DNA of 64,000 bases, taken from assembly GCF_000143415.4 (NCBI RefSeq), contig NW_003314272.1:2629728-2693727 (forward strand), in the 5' to 3' direction. The position numbers were made by a program, and so were the translations under genes. Positions 12,006 to 23,451 of this stretch are shown here, one piece after another. The notes beneath the pieces are model-generated. The model searched no databases. It was not told the origin of the DNA and saw only the letters and a list, made by a program, of their open reading frames with translations. How positions within the stretch are numbered: position 1 is the first letter of the stretch; each line of letters begins with the position of its first letter. The stretch comes from Selaginella moellendorffii. Its lineage: Eukaryota > Plantae > Lycopodiophyta.

Positions 12006-12701
12006 CTAGAGCATTTGCTCGTGAAACGCGCGTTGAACAAGGTAGAGGTCGATGTGATACACGGCTTGAGCTTGGGGAGGGACAGGTTGATTGCCAAAGA
12101 TCCAATTTGCGGGAATACGTACTTGATACGGTGGCATTCCTTGAGCTGTGCAGGGCTGATCTCCAGCATCAAAGCCCACGATCCTCTGCGTATCAAATTG
12201 GTGCTCCCACATCGAATCCAGGGAAGAACGGAGCAGCAAGTAGTAGTCTGGTCCAAAGGAATAGCAGGCCCGGCGCACGATAGCAGCATTGGGGTGAGCG
12301 CATGAGTACACGCAACACACCATGCGATCCGGGCCATTACCCCAGAACTTCAGCGCGATCACAAACCGGCATGATGGCAACGCGAAATACTCCTCGCATT
12401 TGCAGAAAACAAGCGCGATCACAAATGGCACAACGGCAACTTGAAATCTTCTGCACCTGCGGAGAACGCCCTGAAGCGACTGACTTGTGGCAACTTCCAC
12501 AAAGCCAGATGGTGCATCAACAGTACCATCTGGCTGCTGCGTGCGGATCGTGACGTCGGGCTCCCTCCTCACGTTTGGTGCAATGTTGATGGTATCCCCT
12601 CCATGAGCTCGTATGCGTGCTGCTCCGTGAGTCAGGCATCCTATCACTGCTTGCGCTATCAGCTGGTGGTCTAGATAAGGCATCAGAAAGAGAAAGGGCA
12701 A
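12006..12701 (-). CDS. Uma2-like / PD-(D/E)XK restriction-endonuclease-fold protein; 5' end uncertain, possibly a pseudogene
   Basis: P..DH helix, RREPDVTI, FVEVATSQSL catalytic-type motifs, then SFG..PC..G.P.YQVRIP..IF..IDLY. First in-frame ATG is MPYLDH; upstream sequence is interrupted. Confidence 0.62.
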   Translation of the reverse strand: MPFLFLMPYLDHQLIAQAVIGCLTHGAARIRAHGGDTINIAPNVRREPDVTIRTQQPDGTVDAPSGFVEVATSQSLQGVLRRCRRFQVAVVPFVIALVFCKCEEYFALPSCRFVIALKFWGNGPDRMVCCVYSCAHPNAAIVRRACYSFGPDYYLLLRSSLDSMWEHQFDTQRIVGFDAGDQPCTAQGMPPYQVRIPANWIFGNQPVPPQAQAVYHIDLYLVQRAFHEQML

Positions 12702-12974
12702 GGAGAATGCAGAGATACGCGACGATCAAGAAGACACACTAGCTTCCATAGCTGGAGCGTGAAGGAAGCGAGCCCCAATTACATTCTGCCATCTGTAAAG
12801 TACCGTGAAAGACCAAGTCAAGAAGGGTCAAAACTTTTTCCCGCCACGATCGCTAGGGCTAAGAGATTGTAGATTCGCTGCTGCTGCATTTTTTGTCCAA
12901 CGCAGTAAGTAAAGATCTCTGTTAGAACTGGAGAAAGTGAGCGATACTTAGTTTCTTCGCGATTGCTGAGAGAA

Positions 12975-13250
12975 CATCTGAGAATTCGATTCATGGTCTT
13001 CGCCTTTGAAGGATCTGCAATGATTAAGCTCAGTGATTTCACAATTCCGACTACACTTCGAGGTTCTTGAAAGGTGCGGCACTTCATCACAACAGTTACC
13101 AGGGCTGGGGTCGTTCTTCCATCAAACAGAGCAAGCAAGGAGCGATTCGCAATGGCAAGGAGCGAGCAAATGGAAGCGTACAGTCAGTTCTGGAGCCTCA
13201 CACTGGGATTTGCAGCGCACAGTGAAGCTCGACATCGTCAACAGATATCC
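12975..13250 (+). repeat. Direct duplicate of 14905-15240, including the start of an O-methyltransferase
   Basis: Shares GAGAATTCGATTCATGGT and GGGGTCGTTCTTCCATCA..ATGGAAGC.TA.AGTCAGTTCTGGAGCCTCACACTGGGATTTGCAGCGC with the downstream copy. Confidence 0.85.
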
Positions 13251-13264
13251 TGTCCAAGTTCTTC

Positions 13265-13500
13265 TCCAGAAGCCCAAGGTCTCCTCCCCCGACAGTGGCA
13301 AGCTTAATCTGATAACTCGGGATGCCAATTCTGTCACACATCTCTCCACCAAGTGCCACACCAGTCACTGGGATCTCCCGCTCCGCCAAGAAAGCCAGAG
13401 TCTCCGGCACCTCCTCTCCAAAAGACACAGCGTTAGCACTCGTAGCCACGGCACCACCATCACCGCCACCACCGCCGACGATCTCGTACACCACGGCCGC
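13265..13500 (-). pseudogene. C-terminal fragment of the Uma2-like paralog
   Basis: AVVYEIVGGGGGDGGAVATSANAVSFGEE..ETLAFLAEREIPVTGVALGGEMCDRIGIPSYQIKLA is nearly identical to the 13669 ORF. Confidence 0.8.
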
Positions 13501-13668
13501 AGATGTATGAGCTCGGGACAAACGAGATAATGTCGGCTGCGAGATTGCCGAGAACGATATATATCCATTCAAGAAAACATTCAAGATATCTACTGTGTGA
13601 TTTAGATATCTCAATTTCATTTCAAGGAAAGCTAGCAAGCCAAACCAAAACTAGACGAAGAACCAGTT

Positions 13669-14800
13669 TCACAGACAACGGCATCCGTATGCAGCCTGGA
13701 TAATGTAGAGATCCAATATCAGGTTGTCTCCCTTGTCCCGGATCTCTGGAAGCCCAAGGTCTCCTCCCTCAAGAACTTTCGCAGCGGCAAGTTTAATCTG
13801 GTAACTCGGGATGCCAATTCTGTCACACCTCTCTCCACCGAGTCCCACACCAGTCACTGGGATCTCCCGCTCCGCCAGGAAAGCCAGAGTCTCCGGGAAC
13901 AGCGCCTCATCTCCAAAGGACACAGCGCTAGCACTTGTAACCATGGCACCACCCTCGCCGCCACCACTGCCGACGATCTCGTAGACCACGGCCACCATCC
14001 GGTTGCCCGGCCCGGGGTAGAACTTCAGCACCAAGAGGTACTGGAGCTTTGAGCCCGGCTCCTGAATGTAAGAGTCCACATACGAGAGAAGCTCCGGCAA
14101 GGTCTGGTACTCTCCGACGCTCACAAAGATCCGGGGCGGCCATGGAATCACAGATCGATGGCTGGCACCCAGGGACAAGTATCTCACCACTCGGTTGGAT
14201 CCCTTGGGCTGGAATGGCCAGGGGATGCCAACGGCCGGCTGGAGCGCAATGCTAACCTGTGACATGACTATGGCGTACCTCAGATTGGTGTACCCAGCGT
14301 CCACCACGATGACCCGGCCGTGGCGGAAGATACACTTGGAGAAGAGCTTGCATACTTGCATCCGAACATTCGAACGCAACCGGATTCGAACGGGTATCGA
14401 ACGTTTAATACCCGTTTAGCTTTTTTTTGAACGGGTATAATGGTTTTCAGTTTTTTTCGAACCCTGATTTTACGGTTTTTTTCGAACATGAACCCTAATC
14501 CTAAGTAAAAGAAAGCATATTCTTTAGGGTTTTTAAAAATATTCTTGGTGTTTAAACGCCGTTTTAAACGCCGTATTATACGCGCGTTTTAAACGGCGTT
14601 TTTTATTAATCGTACCCGTTCGAATGCAAGTATGAGAGCTTGTAGCGCTCGCAATACCTGTCAAATTTGTCCATGCTCCAGTTGGTGCCGAGTGTAAGCT
14701 CTGGGCGCTTGTTGAAGGCCTCCCAGTCGAGATCGTCGCGGTACTGCGCCTTGTACTCGAGTGCCGCCACTGCCCGCATTAGCTTGTCCATGAAAGTCAT
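13669..14800 (-). pseudogene. Uma2-like paralog with degenerate catalytic motifs, 279 aa before MITE insertion
   Basis: ORF 14606-14800 (MTFMDKL..CERYKL) and ORF 13669-14379 (FSKCIFRH..LDLYIIQ) fuse in frame when 14351-14634 plus one TSD copy are removed. The C-terminal motifs match the 12006 ORF. Confidence 0.8.
14351..14634. mobile_element. 284-bp hAT-type MITE
   Basis: TIRs CATACTTGCATCCGAAC / GTTCGAATGCAAGTATG (16 of 17 match); 8-bp TSD AGAGCTTG at 14343-14350 and 14635-14642; internal CGAAC/AAACG repeats and palindromes. Confidence 0.93.
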
Positions 14801-15125
14801 CTTTGCTATAAACCCTAAACACGGACTAGGGTTTATAACGCATTCTTGAGAGCGGCAACGCGATCCAGGCCAGATGCGGGCTGTCGCCGGGCGCTGATCA
14901 GAGGATGAGAATTCGATTCATGGTTTCGAGAGAGGTCCTCACGCTGAGATTTCGTGAACCAAGAGACTATGCTACAAATGTTTGAGGTTCTTGGAAGGTG
15001 CGACCGCAGCTCCGCGACAAGTTCCTGCTGTTCAAAAGAAGAGATCATGTCGACACTGCATCACCTATAAGAAACGAGGGTGGGGTCGTTCTTCCATCAG
15101 ACAGAGCAACCAAGCAGCGATTCGC

Positions 15126-15360
15126 AATGGCGAGGAGCGAGCAAATGGAAGCATATAGTCAGTTCTGGAGCCTCACACTGGGATTTGCAGCGCCCTTCGC
15201 TCGCAAGGCCGCAGTCAAGCTCGACATCTTCAACATCGTGTCCAAGTTCTCGTCGGAGCAAGGAGCCACTCTGGACGAGACCATCCAGGAGCTACGGATC
15301 AAGCACGATGCAGATAGCATCCAGGCCGAGAGGCTGTTCCGACTCCTCAGGTTTCTCGCT
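15126..15360 (+). pseudogene. Plant O-methyltransferase N-terminal dimerisation-domain fragment
   Basis: MEAYSQFWSLTLGFAAPFARKAAVKLDIFNIV..GATLDETIQEL..LFRLLRFLA; truncated at the inverted-repeat arm. Confidence 0.75.
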
Positions 15361-16414
15361 CAAGTTTCACCTCGGCACTACGAGGTCGTCTAGTTTTGGT
15401 AGCTTTTCTAACAGAATATGTTTCTGTGAAGCACGCAAGCTGCACTCTCAAGCCTTTTGGTTGGCTTTGGAGAAGGTGCTCTGGAGCCTGATCTGCTACT
15501 GCGACTTGGGACTGGCACTGTCCTCGGCCACGAGAGGAACTTGTCCATCTTCCACTGAAGCCAATCTTGCTCTCCGTGGTACCTAGTCAGTCACGTCGGT
15601 GAAGTAAATTACTGGTGTTGTAACTTTCGGAGCTGGAACGGCCTTGACGTGCCGGGACGTGTAGTCAAGTGAGCATCGCAAGCTCGATATCTCTTCGGTA
15701 GTGAACCTCGTGGCAAAATGGCAAAGTTAATCTCGTTGGCTCGCAGTAATTGATTTAATTCCAGCGTTGCACTGCGGAACACAAAAGGCAAACGTAATCT
15801 TCTTTATCAACTGCAAAAGCTTACGCACGTTTCAATGTCAAGTTTTAGCTTCAGCCCTCGCAAGTTCTCCAACAACAAGACTTTAAAGTGGATGTGTCAA
15901 CTCCTCGTATCTGCAAACAGAGAACAGTGAAGAAGCAGCCACAACTTTAAACCAGACCTGCTCATCATTATCTCCATCATTTGCGCTCTGTTCCATCGCT
16001 AGGAAGAGGACTACCACTTGTTTGCTCAGGAAATGCCTTCAACATCCTGAAGAGACGTGAGAACAGATAAAGAAAAACACAAATAGTGGAAAAAGTAACT
16101 TCAAGGAACCTGCTCAAAGATTCTGCAGTTAATCGAACGTCTCCTACTTCAGCTGATCCTTGGAGATGCTTTTGAAATGTCTTGACGAGGTCATCCCTGA
16201 TAGACAAGAGCTGAAAACGTTAGTGTCTGATATTAATCACGAGCAAAATTTACCACTTCCTCAACGTGCTCTTGGTAGAAATCTTTTATGGCCTCTGCAC
16301 CTTGTTGGATCCAGTTCAAAGTCGTCACTACCAGCTAGCTGGGTATTCTTATTGGGCCTCTCATACAAAGGCAACTGCAATCACTTAAGCTAGTCAGGAA
16401 GTACAAGTTCTTAC
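15359..16414 (-). repeat. Right arm of the inverted duplication (partner 10698-11737)
   Basis: See left arm. Confidence 0.9.
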
Positions 16415-17050
16415 ATGCACTCATTTGATGTTGCTGAGATTTGCACCTAAGCACCAAACGACCCATCTCAATTTCTTCGTCCATCCAATCTCGTTTGGAC
16501 ATGATTTCTTTCGGTACTTAAGCGACATACAGCCGGGCCTTCACGTCATAGTAAACATTCTATACACGAAAAACTAATTAAACCATGGATTGATTAGCAC
16601 GACTCTACTTACAGGAGGTAAAGCGTAATTTCTTTCGAGTTGCATCGTAGACACTTGTCGAAGCAGCACACAGAACTTGCCTTCCTACTCCTAGGTACAC
16701 CTGATCAGAAATGCAGGAAACATGAAAGAGAACTTTTCTTGACAGAGTGCAATACCTGAGTCAGCAGTACTGCAAGCTGCTCCTGAATGATTCTAAGCAT
16801 CGTTATGCTCTCGGTAATTCGACACGACGCATCATACACCAGCTTTTGAGTCGCAGAGCTTTCGGAGATTAAGGCACGAATCATGCAGGCCAAGCCTTCC
16901 ACAAAGGCGTGAGGACCTCTCTCCAGACCATGAATCGAATTCTCATCATGTCAGCTCCCTGTGACAAAATTCCTATTGACCGCAGGAACATAAAGAAGAA
17001 AAACAAGGAGCAAACCTGACATTTCGATCAATGATCGATGCTCACGAAGC
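15400..17050 (-). pseudogene. Degenerate multi-exon gene of unknown product
   Basis: Series of short exon-like blocks separated by ~50-60 nt GT..AG introns (e.g. ..QEQLAVLLTQ|VYLGVEGKF.., ..QGAEAIKDFYQEHVEE), with in-frame stops. Confidence 0.45.
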
Positions 17051-17587
17051 CCCAAACGTCTCAAGAAAGATGGAAGAGAGCTCCATGGCCAGATTGCCAT
17101 GGCAGGAGATTGTAGATGCCACAGCTACGGGGATTGTGGCAATTTGGCAACGGCAAATTGCTTGCGGGCTCTCTTGAATGCCAATGCCCGCTAGACTGCC
17201 GCATATTCTTGGAATCAAGAGCCATTTACATTCTTCGAGTCTTTTGGAGAAGCCATCTACCAGGTAGAAATAAAAGCCTTTCTCTTGACTGATTTTACTT
17301 CCATCGCAAAATGCCGCTTTCTTACAATCAATTACATTACGGCTATGTTTCAATTGTTGTCTCGCCATCTTAGCTCGGGCCAGCCTATTCCATTCGCAAC
17401 ATAGAAAGGATTCTATCGCTATAACATTAGATTTGGGCCAGATTTTGATGTTAAGTTCCTATACACTTTGAGATCATTGTTTCATCAATACTTCGACAAT
17501 GTTATGAATGTGATTTTCAAAGTTTTAATTTCGACAAGGATAATACTTGTTAATCAATGTTTAATTGCCTCAGTGAAAGGATCTGCT

Positions 17588-17790
17588 TCACCTGGAACAT
17601 AGCTCTGGGGGCATATTCCAGCACTGGGAATCTTGCCTGGGCCGGAATCTCACGCTTCCGAATCCACATGATTCCAGCAATTTTTTCCATCCAGCTTTCG
17701 TTCTCTGGTACCGCTGGCTCCCCGACAGGAACATCATATCAAGCTGCAAGTGTAACTCCTTGCCTTCGTCCATGACCATTGGATGTGCTG
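17588..17790 (-). pseudogene. O-methyltransferase C-terminal fragment
   Basis: MVMDEGKELHLQLDMMFLSG..QRTKAGWKKLLESCGF resembles the OMT D-MM..G.ERT..EW..LL..AGF motif. Confidence 0.6.
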
Positions 17791-18039
17791 CCACATAGTC
17801 CTGAGGTTCCATTCCATGAGCTTCCACAAATGCACTAGAGTCGCCCGGCCGCTTGATGGCAGCATCTACATGTTGCCACAAGAGCTGAGTGACTTCAGAC
17901 ATGCAGAAGGAGAGAATGCCAGAAGTCAACGGCCTACGGTCAACAGAAGCTAGTTGTTTTATAAACTCAAACTCTTTTAACAATGTATATTAAAATAATA
18001 TTAGATTTTTTTTGCTTCCATTTTGAATATTGATTTTGG

Positions 18040-18380
18040 CATTGGGATCCTAGATGCTCTAAGATTATTCTTATTTCATTTTGTACTCCTGCCCCTTCGC
18101 TCCTTAGGCTGTACATTTAAAAATTGTTCCATACTCTTGTCTTTTGTTCCTTGAGTTGTATGTTTGAGAATATTTTATGCTTTAGTTCCTTTAGTTCTTC
18201 ACTCTTTGCTTGTATATTCAAAAAGTTTATAGTTCAGTACTTTTATTCAGTGGCCCAAGATTTTGAAACTTGAGTTCCATTATATTACATATATCCAAAG
18301 GTTTAAGTTTTGCTCTATGGTTATCCTAGGTGAAAACCATATATGCTACATTTGATATTAAAGGATAAATCTTAACAAAT
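18040..18380 (+). repeat. Old dispersed repeat, related copy at ~61110-61440
   Basis: Shared blocks GATGCTCTA.GATT, ATTCAGTGGCC.AAG and AGGTGAAAA..A.AT.TGCTACA. Confidence 0.55.
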
Positions 18381-19019
18381 ACTATTAAATGAGATGTGGT
18401 AACTAATTTCATTACATACACAAAGATGAAGATGATGATCTAAATGGGTATATATTTGATTACTATGGCTTTGCATATGTCCTTTAGGTATGAATTTTAG
18501 TAATTTTTTTCTTACTATATTGTGTGAGCTTTCACTTGGGCTCATAAGATGGATTTGAGATATATTATTTGCACAAGTTTACATTTGGACATGTGAGTGC
18601 ACATTAGCAACTTAAGGTTACACTTCAGTTAATAGGATTATTATTGGCCTATTGGTGGTTACCATAAACGATTCTATGTTACTATGGATAAAAAGTAAGC
18701 CTTGCTATAAGTGGCAAATATGTTGGTATATAGTTGTTTAGCATGACATTAGTGGATCCTTCTTAGACATGATTATGAGTGGATCAATTAAGATTATAAG
18801 GATTAGTCTATTAGTTCAAGTAATCATTGCCGTACTCTCTCATAAACTTAAGCAAGCTTGAAGTCTAATCAAGTTGAAACTGGAAAAAGAGTTATTAAGG
18901 ACGAAGGAACAAATATGTAAATCATTTTTTTTTATTCAAAAGATGATTAGCAACAAGAAGTGATCTCATTGCTTCATGGCAAACTTCAAGGATATATTTC
19001 TGTTGTGCTACTCTAATTT

Positions 19020-19270
19020 TGTACATTTCCATAAACCATTTACACTTATCTTTTTAAATACCAACTTATCCATAACTAGCTCTGGGAACATTAAAAGGAC
19101 TCTACTACTTAGTTTGCCATGGCTTCCTTTTCTATAAACTTTCTAACTGTTATATAGTCTAACATAGGCAATTCTATATTTTAGACTCTTTATGGCACTA
19201 TAGTTAATAATAGTAACACTTTTGAGCACCCACTTGATTCTCCATTTTTGACTTACATAACCACTCTTGG
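19020..19270 (-). mobile_element. Old relic related to the internal region of the long-LTR element
   Basis: AACCATTTACACTT..TATAGTCTAACAT..ATATTTTAGACTCT..CCCACTTGATTCTCCA aligns with 26165-26410. Confidence 0.65.
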
Positions 19271-19624
19271 CTATACTCACATGATTTTCACCTTTTATTA
19301 TATAGTGATTTATAATAGAATAATTATGAAGTGGAACCTAAACCCTTTATATGCTACAAACGACATGTCCAAGGATAATGGAGTGGAACCCAAGTTTAAT
19401 GGCTTTAAGCCACTAAATGAAAGTAAGGAGCTAAACTCCCAAATTTGTAACTGAGGAGCAAAAGAACCAAAGTATGGAGTGATTCATGAGGGTTTAGCCA
19501 AAAGTGAATGGACAGGAGCATGGAGTAATGTAGGAATAGTTTTAAAGCATTTAACATCCCAATGTTAAGATTAACACATAAAATAGAGCAAAATAGAGTG
19601 TAAATAATGAGTTCCATTCAATTT

Positions 19625-20785
19625 TTTCCCACTCTTAAAAGTACATAGTAGCAAAGATCAATTATGATGCCTTTAACAAGGAGTTGTTTAGAATTATAAA
19701 CCCTTTTGAATTTTAGTATCATTTTTCTTGAAGTTTCTCTTTATATAATCATTATCTACAGTGATCATAAAACCTTCCAATATTTCTATTTGATATATAT
19801 CCTTAATAGTGTCCTAAATCACTATCCATTTTCAGTTTGTAATTATGTATTACTTAAGGAAAATAAATGGTGCTTTTACTTAATATAAATTAAGAAATTT
19901 CACTTAAGATTTTGACTCAGGCTTTTGAAGTTAAGAAAATTGCATGAGTGCACAAAATAATCAATGACATATTTTTATTATGCATTCAAGATGAGATTTA
20001 GCATATTCTTCCTATTATACTTTGTATTTTGACTTTACACAAAATTGCATTTCCACTTATTATAGTATTGTGCAAAGCCAAATCCTTTTCTATAATCTTC
20101 TCTTGGGATTAAAAGTTTTATTGTCTTTCATTTATTTTATATTTACATAAATTTGCAATTGAGATTCAAGATTTGTATAGTAATATTGACAAATAGAATA
20201 GAAGAAAGGTGAGAAAGAGTAAGTTATATATTTCCTTAAGATATCTTTATGAAATTTAAGATAATTTATCATATTTTTGCAAAGCCTAATATTGAAGATG
20301 AAGAATATCCCAAAAAATTTCAAATAAAAACTATATTTTTCCATGTAAAGATAAGAATTAGTTATGATATCTTATGATATCAAGATTACTTAATATGCAG
20401 ATTTCAAAATTATGCAAAACGATACATATATTATTATCAAACCAAGAGGTATGACTATTGTATTAAAAAAAAAAAACAATCTTGAAGATTAAAGAAAAAA
20501 AGTAAACATGTAAAGACACGAGTTTTTTTTGTATATACCACTTAACTTTATCAATACACTATATTTATTATATGCTTGTTTATGAAATTGAAGAAATTTT
20601 GAATTAGGAAATTGATGAAATTATGACATAAATATATAATTATAATAATAAAGCTAACCCACAACTACTATAACAATGAGACCATAAATATATAAATTGA
20701 TTAATTAGAAAGGATAGACTGATAAGAGAATAAGAATAAAAATAACAAAAAGAAATCCTATAAACATTTTATAGAAATTCAAGAA
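19625..20785. repeat. AT-rich repeat, inverted relative to 32120-34440
   Basis: For example GAAAATTGCATGAGTGCACAAAATAATCAATG..GCATTCAAGATGAGATTTAGCATATTC is the reverse complement of 32923-32997. Confidence 0.85.
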
Positions 20786-21685
20786 ATATAATACACAATA
20801 ATCATTAAAAAATATTTTATAGTATCCTTTGAGTATGTGATGTTCCATTGTGTCAGAAGAGCATATATAACATCATATTTATCATTGTCATTGTTTCCAC
20901 CAAAAACAAAAAAATATATAGGGCATTTATTAAAAGTCAAAGAATTACAATTTTTTTTAAACAAGTAAGAGGACATTCTTTTTCATAAAAGTCATTGCAT
21001 TTATCTCCAACTCATGATCATTATTTTTATTATACTCTCTTTTCTTTCTTTTATTTAGTTTGGTTAGACTATGCAATGGGATAATTATTCCAAACTCTAG
21101 CACATAAATTCTGGGAATAAAGATTGAAAGAGTTAAAATTACTAACACTAAAAAATATAGATATTTGTATGTATTTCTCTCTTTTTAACTAAAAGTGCAA
21201 GTAAAAATCTATAAATTTTAAATATTTTGTTATGACAAACCATTCAAAAATGTTAATCTAAAAAAGAACTAAATTTCTATTTATGAGGGCCAAGTGTACA
21301 GTTACGATGCCGTATACTAATATTAGCGTAGTGGGATTTTAGTAGCTGTTAGATTGGTTTCAATCCAGACCACTCACTCCTGTATATAAACTAGGGTTTT
21401 TGGCTAATTGATATGCACATTTTCTATATTCCCTTTCCATATTCCAAGCACTCACATTTGTGGAGGTGAGGGGCACCTTTGATTGTCCCTGAGGAGTGCT
21501 TGAATTTGGGATTTTGGTTTAGATTTAGCTTTTGCATCGTTTAGATCTAGCTTTTTCCATTTCCTTTCTTTTGTTCTTCCCTTTTAGGATTTTGGTTTAG
21601 ATCTAACTTTTTGCATTGTCTAGATTTCCCATTTCCTTCTCGCTTTTTGTCATTTATCTTCTTTTACTCTTTCTTCGTCCATCTT

Positions 21686-22300
21686 CATGGCAGATCAACA
21701 ATCTCCTCTTTTGACTCTGGAGCAGTAGTTGGTACAATTGCTTGATGCTATGCGCTTGCAATTGAACAACCAAACTCAGTTGATGGCGGCATTCATGGCA
21801 CGTGGTACAACTCTTCCTGCTCTTGGTGCTAATCCTCGTGTTCGGCTGGAGTTCTTTCGCGGGAATCCTGGGGATGATGTGTATCATTGGTTCGATCACT
21901 TCACGGTGATTGCCACATATCATTCTTGGGATGATGCTTGACATTTGGGTGAGTTTCCCACGTGTCTCCAAGGGATGGCGTTGCAATAGTACAATGGTCT
22001 GAGCACAACCACTCGTGGAGATTGGAGTGTTCTCCCGAACGTCTTCAAACGTGCCTTCGGACATGCCGACGACTGTGATGATGCCTTCCAACAATTGCAT
22101 CATCTTCGCCAAGGGCCATCTGAGTCGGTGATGTAATTTGATGTTCGTTTCTGAAGTCTTTTGCTTTGTGCGGAGCCTAATATGTCAGAGCGGATCAAGT
22201 TAAGAATGTTGTGGCCAGCACTTCGTAAAGATCTTGTCGGACTTGTGCATGCACTTGCTCCTGCCACCCTTGACGATGCTCTTCGCTTGGCACAACCTTA
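21686..22300 (+). pseudogene. Gag of the host Gypsy element
   Basis: FRGNPGDDVYHWFDHF..LQGMALQ*YNGL..W..FKRAF..LRQGPSESV, with in-frame stops. Confidence 0.8.
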
Positions 22301-23451
22301 TAAGATGTTGCCTCTTCCACTTCTCACTGCACGTCCTTCACCATGTCCTCACGTTAGCCCATCGATATGCTAAAATAGTGCTAAACTCTATTTAACTTTG
22401 TTTTGTGTGCTAATGCCCTTTCTCGAGCTTCTCTTCCTTTTCCACTCTCTTCTCTATAAGCGACTAAATTTTCCATTCTACTTTAGTCACTAACCACACC
22501 TCCGACCACTTGGAGGAGTCTCATTCACAACCTCCATCAGTCCAATTCAGGACTTGGGACTTGCTAGCCCCAAGAATGGCATCCATGCCACTCAACACTT
22601 GCACTTGGTCCAAGTGCTCCACGTGTCCGGTCCCAAGATCGACACCCAAAGGTACCACTGACATCTCGGCCCGTTACGCTAAGGCCATGCCCATTCACCT
22701 TTGCTGCACTAGTGGTCCAATACCACTTGCATCACCATCCCGTCTCTCCAAGACTGGGCCATCTGTCCACGAGTGGTCATCCTAGATCCACTCCTTAGCA
22801 TCCTTAGGATGCCCACAGACCTGGGGAATCACCTTCCCCAAAGTCCCTTTGTCAGTTCCTACCAAGTCCCTTTCTGCCCCTGGCCGTGTTTGCCAACACT
22901 GCCACTGGATCGAGGCCCGCAGGCCCGACCACTAAGTCCCATGGTCCTCTGGGACTTCCTCACCACATGACTGTGTCCTTGGTCACTACCCCAGAGGACT
23001 GCTCCTCTTCCTTTCCACAGGCTAGGCCTTTGGGACAACATTTCGGAACACCGTAGCCTTACGCGAGCCACCTGGGTACTCTCCCCGCCTTTCGCCTTTA
23101 GGTGCTCTAGCCATGGGCGTAGAGCGAGGTTCCATTGATCCACGCCTGGTATCCAAGTAGGTAGTGCCACCCACACTTGGACTGGGAGCATCGGCCAGTC
23201 GATCTCCCGGGGGAACTAGAGCCGGCTCTTGAACACTTCACCAAGCTACCCCGCTTGTCGGTCCGTATTCACTCTAGTCTTGGACTTCCCAGTGGTCAGT
23301 TCATCACCCAACACTGGGTCTGGCCTTCCTGGGCCAAACTGGCCTTTCCTGGCCAAACTGGCTCCACTGCAGTCCTCCCCCTTACTATACTTTTGGAGCT
23401 CACCAAACCCCCCAGGGTCTGGGAGACGAACGCTTTGGGCTTTCACCCTCT

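Noticed and set aside
10698-16414. Inverted arms as Pack-MULE TIRs
   Set aside because: The arms are gene-like sequence, the right arm continues into more exons, and no TSD was found.
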